Virus record (IMG/VR): IMGVR_UViG_3300028833_000155
Span: 1,644 to 65,643 of that record
Strand: one strand, 5' to 3'
Source: a virus
Length of the DNA stretch: 64,000 nt
A program made the translations under genes and the position numbers. Positions 59,855 through 64,000 of the stretch are shown here, piece after piece (positions within the stretch are counted from its first letter, which is position 1; the number at the start of each line of letters is the position of its first letter). A model generated the notes under the pieces. That model saw only the letters and a program-made list of their open reading frames with translations. It made no database searches and was not told the DNA's origin.

Positions 59855-60355
59855 ATGAAACAAAAACTTTATCATAAAAAGAAGGAGTTCATAGCTTTCT
59901 ACGATGGGTCATGTGATAATCTCAATCCACAGAGACCAGGAGGAGCTGCCTATATTATTATGGACACCAACGGTAAGATCATTAAGAAGAAATCCAAGGG
60001 ATTCATGCACACTACCAATAATCGCATGGAAATGCTTGCTATCATCAGTATAGTGAACTCCCTGCCTAACAACTCCTTTGTCACCATCAACACTGATTCT
60101 GAGTATTGCATTAAAGCATTACTGTCCAAAAATCCTCAAGCAAACCTTGACCTGATTAAAAAATACTATGCTCTCAGACAGCAAAAGTATGTAACAGTGT
60201 TCCTACATCATGTCAAAGGTCATTCAGGCAATAAGTATAATGAGGAGTGTGACAAGATGGCTAATGCCGAATACAAAAAGATATTGCATAAAAGTGAAGA
60301 GATAAACTACAGCTGCATCACAACAAAAGGCAGAAGAAAGAAAATAAAAACATAA
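59855..60355 (+). CDS. rnhA: Ribonuclease HI
   Basis: FYDGSC, GGAA, TNNRME, TDSEY, VKGHSG..YNEECD. Confidence 0.9.
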   Translation: MKQKLYHKKKEFIAFYDGSCDNLNPQRPGGAAYIIMDTNGKIIKKKSKGFMHTTNNRMEMLAIISIVNSLPNNSFVTINTDSEYCIKALLSKNPQANLDLIKKYYALRQQKYVTVFLHHVKGHSGNKYNEECDKMANAEYKKILHKSEEINYSCITTKGRRKKIKT

Positions 60356-60371
60356 CAGCCTATATCGTTTT

Positions 60372-60599
60372 ATGACAGAAAACAGTATCTTCCAGCAACA
60401 ACTTAACTCCATTGAAGAGCTAATTAGAATAACTGAAGAGGAAGTAGTACTCATAAAGGAGATGCTTCCTCTTCTTTCTTTCCTGTGTCTTATAGTCACC
60501 AAAGACTGGCAAAACTACACAGCAATAGAAAAAGCTATATTCTTGTTTATCTGGTCTCCACTACTCTGGCTTCTTCCTACACTTCTGATGGAAATATAA
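60372..60599 (+). CDS. Possible small membrane protein
   Basis: Follows RNase H; hydrophobic; overlaps the opposite-strand gene end by 39 nt. Confidence 0.3.
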   Translation: MTENSIFQQQLNSIEELIRITEEEVVLIKEMLPLLSFLCLIVTKDWQNYTAIEKAIFLFIWSPLLWLLPTLLMEI

Positions 60600-60959
60600 T
60601 ACCAAGAATAGAAATACCCCTGCTACAATAATATGCAAAAGGAAGTAGCTCCAATTATCTATGGGTAATGTATATTTCTCATCAGTCCAACAAATTAGGT
60701 TATTAGCCAGAATGTACCATAGAAACATCCTATGATACTCGCAGAACTTAAGCCTATAGGAAGCCATTAAGATAAAAGCCCAAGGTATAACACCTACACT
60801 GGACAAATAAGAAAATGTCCTACTTTCTATATAGAAATATGACAGTATTGTATTTGTAAGATACAGTACTGCCATAAGCATAGGTAATATCTTGAGGAAA
60901 CCTATAAACAACTTACTCTGATGATAGCTACTTAGTTTTGAGTTTTCCTCCACATCCAT
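60561..60959 (-). CDS. Multi-pass membrane protein
   Basis: 3-4 hydrophobic segments, KFCEYHR loop; ATG at 60959 preferred as start. Confidence 0.65.
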   Translation of the reverse strand: MDVEENSKLSSYHQSKLFIGFLKILPMLMAVLYLTNTILSYFYIESRTFSYLSSVGVIPWAFILMASYRLKFCEYHRMFLWYILANNLICWTDEKYTLPIDNWSYFLLHIIVAGVFLFLVLYFHQKCRKKPE

Positions 60960-61056
60960 ACTTTCTACTTCTGTCTCTAGTGACTCCTGCTTTAGTTGTA
61001 TTTGCCTTAACTCTACCACCTTTAGCAAAACTGTTACATGATTTCTTTGTATTCAT
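60928..61056 (-). CDS. Small basic peptide (42 aa, not in track)
   Basis: MNTKKSCNSFAKGGRVKANTTKAGVTRDRSRKYGCGGKLKTK, directly behind a TAATTTTG promoter (61066-61073) with -33 TTTG. Confidence 0.55.
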   Translation of the reverse strand: MNTKKSCNSFAKGGRVKANTTKAGVTRDRSRKYGCGGKLKTK

Positions 61057-61163
61057 ATTCTTCTGCAAAATTAAACATTAATATTTAAACCACCAAATAT
61101 TTCCCATCAATTGTTTAGTATGCTGACATATTTTGTCAGCCCATCCTCTTACACATATCAAGC

Positions 61164-61790
61164 TCATCCTTCCACCACACTTTCTCTTTCTTTGATTTTT
61201 TCTTCAATATAATTTATCATATATTCAAGCCCATGTAATTTCTTTCTACGCAATAATGGCTGATGATCCATTCCAATTCTTCTAGCCCAATATCTAATAC
61301 TTCCTATTTCACCGTTTATGTTTATAGCTATAGTGTTTACTCTGCTAAGACTTAGTTTTCTCTTTGTCTCTTCTGAAGCTTTTCTACCTAAAGCTTTTTG
61401 TCTTATTTTCTCTTTAATTTCTGGATGTTCAGTAAAGGCTCTATGAACTGCATCACCCATTTTCTTTAGACTTTCAGGAGATAGTACTCCTCTAGCCCCT
61501 CCGCTTTTAATGTTATAACCTGTTTTAATAGTATCAAAAGTTTCAATTAACTCTTTTTCCAGTTCATCTGCTTCTTCTTTATATAGATTACTCTCGATAA
61601 CTTCATGAATAAAATTATTCCAACCATATTTCTTTATGGCATTGAAGAACTTGATACTGTTGAAATAATTCTTTCCATCACATCTCCACCTTTCTTTAAT
61701 GTTATAAGTCTGTCCTACATACATTTTTCCATTTATCTTATTAATGTGGACATAAAGACAATAATTATTTTTATCACTTGTTCTTTTCAT
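61164..61790 (-). CDS. Free-standing GIY-YIG homing endonuclease with NUMOD3-like repeats
   Basis: CLYVHINKINGKMYVGQT..R...E...GYN; SEETKRKLS. Confidence 0.85.
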   Translation of the reverse strand: MKRTSDKNNYCLYVHINKINGKMYVGQTYNIKERWRCDGKNYFNSIKFFNAIKKYGWNNFIHEVIESNLYKEEADELEKELIETFDTIKTGYNIKSGGARGVLSPESLKKMGDAVHRAFTEHPEIKEKIRQKALGRKASEETKRKLSLSRVNTIAININGEIGSIRYWARRIGMDHQPLLRRKKLHGLEYMINYIEEKIKERESVVEG

Positions 61791-62076
61791 CTCTCAATCT
61801 TTTTGCGGCTATTTCTAATTCATCCCTATAATAAACAAGTTCTTTAAACCCTACCCGCTTCTGGCCTCTTGGAATTTTCCTCTCCCTAACCAAATCATCA
61901 AACCTGCTTCTTGAAAGATTTAAATATACACAAGCCTGCTCTTTACTCATAGCCTCATGTGCTATCACTCTTAGCACATCTATTGCCTGAGATTCAGTTA
62001 TCTCTGAAGTACCAGAGTCTATTTTCTCAGCCACCTCTCTAAGATATTTTACTACCAATTTCCTGAAATCAAACAT
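61774..62076 (-). CDS. Excisionase/AlpA-like HTH protein
   Basis: MSKEQACVYLNLSRSRFDDLVRERKIPRG; start at ATG 62076 because the track start overlaps the promoter at 62104-62111. Confidence 0.7.
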   Translation of the reverse strand: MFDFRKLVVKYLREVAEKIDSGTSEITESQAIDVLRVIAHEAMSKEQACVYLNLSRSRFDDLVRERKIPRGQKRVGFKELVYYRDELEIAAKRLRDEKNK

Positions 62077-62200
62077 ATCTACCCTTCTTTTACATTGATA
62101 CTGCAAAGATATATGGTATATTGTAGATGCCTTAACCTCTTATAAAAGCTATAATCAATTCTTACAATCGGCATTGTTTTTACTTTCAAGATAAACTTCT

Positions 62201-62208
62201 TACCTTTG
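62201..62208 (+). promoter_or_regulatory. Bacteroidetes -7 element, divergent from the - strand element at 62104-62111
   Basis: TACCTTTG(C) upstream of ATG 62234. Confidence 0.65.
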
Positions 62209-62233
62209 CATCAACGTATTAAACATTAAGGTT

Positions 62234-62584
62234 ATGAGGACAATAGAAGAACTGAAGCAAGAGCAGTATGATGCAAAGGCAAAGCTGCATGAATTGGTAG
62301 AGTTAATCAACAGTGATGAGTTCTACGGCCTATCACAATCAAGGAAGAATATCATAGGACAGAGGAGAATGGCACTTGAGGTATATCTTAACTCCTTAAC
62401 AAAGGAGATATATGACAGTGAGGGCAGTACCTTTGACATGAGTAGTGCTGTATGGCCCATGCTAATGTCTGGCATATTTAGTAGTTCTAGCTCATTTGGA
62501 AGTACATCTGGGGCTTACAAGCCAAAAGAGGCACTCAGTGAGAAAGATTTTGAGGACACCACACTGTCAGACCATGCAGTATGA
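62234..62584 (+). CDS. Hypothetical protein (short coiled-coil phage family)
   Basis: E......KL..L...I....F..L.......Q...L..Y...L pattern. Confidence 0.65.
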   Translation: MRTIEELKQEQYDAKAKLHELVELINSDEFYGLSQSRKNIIGQRRMALEVYLNSLTKEIYDSEGSTFDMSSAVWPMLMSGIFSSSSSFGSTSGAYKPKEALSEKDFEDTTLSDHAV

Positions 62585-62707
62585 ATCAGGATATGATAAT
62601 TAACCAGCTGGCTCATGCTGTAGGCAAGTCAAGGAAAGAAGTCATACAAGCCCTCAGAGCCATGAGTTCAATGCCTGAGGTACAGAAGGTCATAAGGAGG
62701 AATAGGA

Positions 62708-62920
62708 ATGACCAGAAGGCAAGAAAACACCCTCATTAAGGCTTTAGGAGATATATACTCTGAGGTGCATGAGAACAATATCATGCTTCATCAGCTATGT
62801 CAGGTAGTCAATACATATCTCAGTAGGCATCATCAGGAAAATGAAGATGACTTTGGAAGGAATGTAGTGGCAAATTTAATATCATCTGGGCTTGATTTAA
62901 GCAGACTGGGAAAAAGGTAA
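62708..62920 (+). CDS. Hypothetical protein
   Basis: ENNIML...ENEDDFGRNVVANLIS. Confidence 0.6.
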   Translation: MTRRQENTLIKALGDIYSEVHENNIMLHQLCQVVNTYLSRHHQENEDDFGRNVVANLISSGLDLSRLGKR

Positions 62921-62931
62921 TACAATAAAAT

Positions 62932-62968
62932 AATTCCCCACCCTCCTAAGAGAGTGGGGATTCTTCTT
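62932..62968. terminator. Probable bidirectional terminator at the strand convergence
   Basis: ATTCCCCAC.CTC/GAG.GTGGGGAT stem flanked by A-rich and T-rich runs. Confidence 0.6.
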
Positions 62969-63001
62969 GTTCTTACTGCTGAACTTCTATGGAATTACCT
63001 A

Positions 63002-63163
63002 TCACCATACTTTTAAATTGCTCAAACTATCATTGATAGCACCTTGCACAACACCTTTCACAAAACCAATCTGAACCTGATTCATAGCATCAGTCTTGGC
63101 TCTTTCTAAAGCTTCGACAGCACTCAGACCTTTTGGTTCTCCCACATAAATATTATATATCAT
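63002..63163 (-). CDS. Small hypothetical protein (53 aa, not in track)
   Basis: MIYNIYVGEPKGLSAVEALERAK... Confidence 0.4.
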   Translation of the reverse strand: MIYNIYVGEPKGLSAVEALERAKTDAMNQVQIGFVKGVVQGAINDSLSNLKVW

Positions 63164-63295
63164 AACTTTTAGTATTTTATATTCTTCATCAACATCTTCA
63201 CCTGTTTCCTTATCTACTTCTTCCTGTCCCTATCTTGTTGGAGAAAGGGATGGAAGAAGTAGGATAAGAGATTTAAACCTAAATTTTACACATTT

Positions 63296-64000
63296 TTAAA
63301 CTAAATCTATAGCATCAAAGTCTCTTCTTGTCATGCCAGTAGTAATGTCAGCACCAATCCTAATAAGCTTTACTCTATGCTTAAACCAATCATAGACAAA
63401 CACTGTAAGACAATCACCTGTCTTTCCTGTTCTTCCCAGGTCTCCAGCTTGTTGGTGAGTATTAGATGTTGTACAGTGTAGTGAAAATTGGTAAATAGCT
63501 TCCTCACCATTTATCCTACTAACAAAATCTCTATGAGAATGGCCTGCAAGTATGCCAATAAATTTATTAGTATGTGCATTAGCAAATGTATGATTAACAG
63601 AAACTTCTAAATTATCTGCACTATTAGTAGTAGTTGCCTGAACAGTGCTGCCGTTTATCCATGCTCTAATGATATTAGTTATAAAAGACTTATCAGCAAG
63701 AGCGGGGTAAGTTGACGCATTTACAGGACCAGTAAACTTACAATCCACAGGTGTAAAATCACTGTCAAAAGCTACGTGTGAAATAACGAGCACATAATAA
63801 TCATCAGGGGTGGAATCGAGAAGATTCACAAACCAGTCAATCTGTGCTTGGGAAAGATACCATGAGTTTTTATCGATAGCGGCGCAATAGTCTACTTGGT
63901 TGATGCCAATAACTCTAATAGTCTTTGACAGTGTTGTACCACTATCGCTGATATAATTATGGCTAACATCCTTATACCACCAAGTTTCGGCTTCCCCATG
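63296..64000 (-). CDS. Calcineurin-like metallophosphoesterase domain, 3' part (runs off window end)
   Basis: Frame open to base 64000; SQAQIDWF, VLVISH, LAGHSHRD. Confidence 0.75.
   Translation of the reverse strand, partial: HGEAETWWYKDVSHNYISDSGTTLSKTIRVIGINQVDYCAAIDKNSWYLSQAQIDWFVNLLDSTPDDYYVLVISHVAFDSDFTPVDCKFTGPVNASTYPALADKSFITNIIRAWINGSTVQATTTNSADNLEVSVNHTFANAHTNKFIGILAGHSHRDFVSRINGEEAIYQFSLHCTTSNTHQQAGDLGRTGKTGDCLTVFVYDWFKHRVKLIRIGADITTGMTRRDFDAIDLV

Noticed and set aside
61164-61790. GIY-YIG gene as part of a fourth intron
   Set aside because: No P4 or P7 core elements and no split host gene in the flanks; it overlaps the upstream HTH gene like a free-standing gene
1-64000. Stop-codon reassignment (TAG or TGA), known in some crAss-like phages
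   Set aside because: Long genes are intact in the standard code, TAA, TAG and TGA all end genes at tight junctions, and no suppressor tRNA was seen
1-64000. CRISPR array, retron or diversity-generating retroelement
   Set aside because: No regularly spaced repeats and no reverse transcriptase motifs were found by eye

Overview
A 64-kb segment of a crAss-like (Crassvirales-type) Bacteroidetes phage genome, read in the standard genetic code. After a strand switch at about 650-950, the + strand carries small early genes and two tRNA-Arg genes. A replication and nucleotide-metabolism module follows: SF2 helicase, DnaB, Sak4-like ATPase, SSB-like protein, primase, rIIA/rIIB, a decayed UDG, nucleases, NrdDG, dUTPase, PolA and ThyX. 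Next come a 3069-aa single-chain virion-type RNA polymerase and a 1483-aa cargo protein. The right end holds an RNase H cassette with a long structured leader, a free-standing GIY-YIG endonuclease and the end of a - strand module. Three group I introns can be read directly from the sequence: an ORF-less one in the anticodon loop of tRNA-Arg(UCU), one in rIIB (LAGLIDADG ORF) and one in polA (HNH-type ORF). Other notable signals are a fixed-distance AACCCTTTAAA motif before early start codons, a complementary copy of it just 3' of the intron-containing tRNA, and a terminator/antiterminator RNA switch upstream of RNase H. All calls come from motif reading by eye; no database searches were run.
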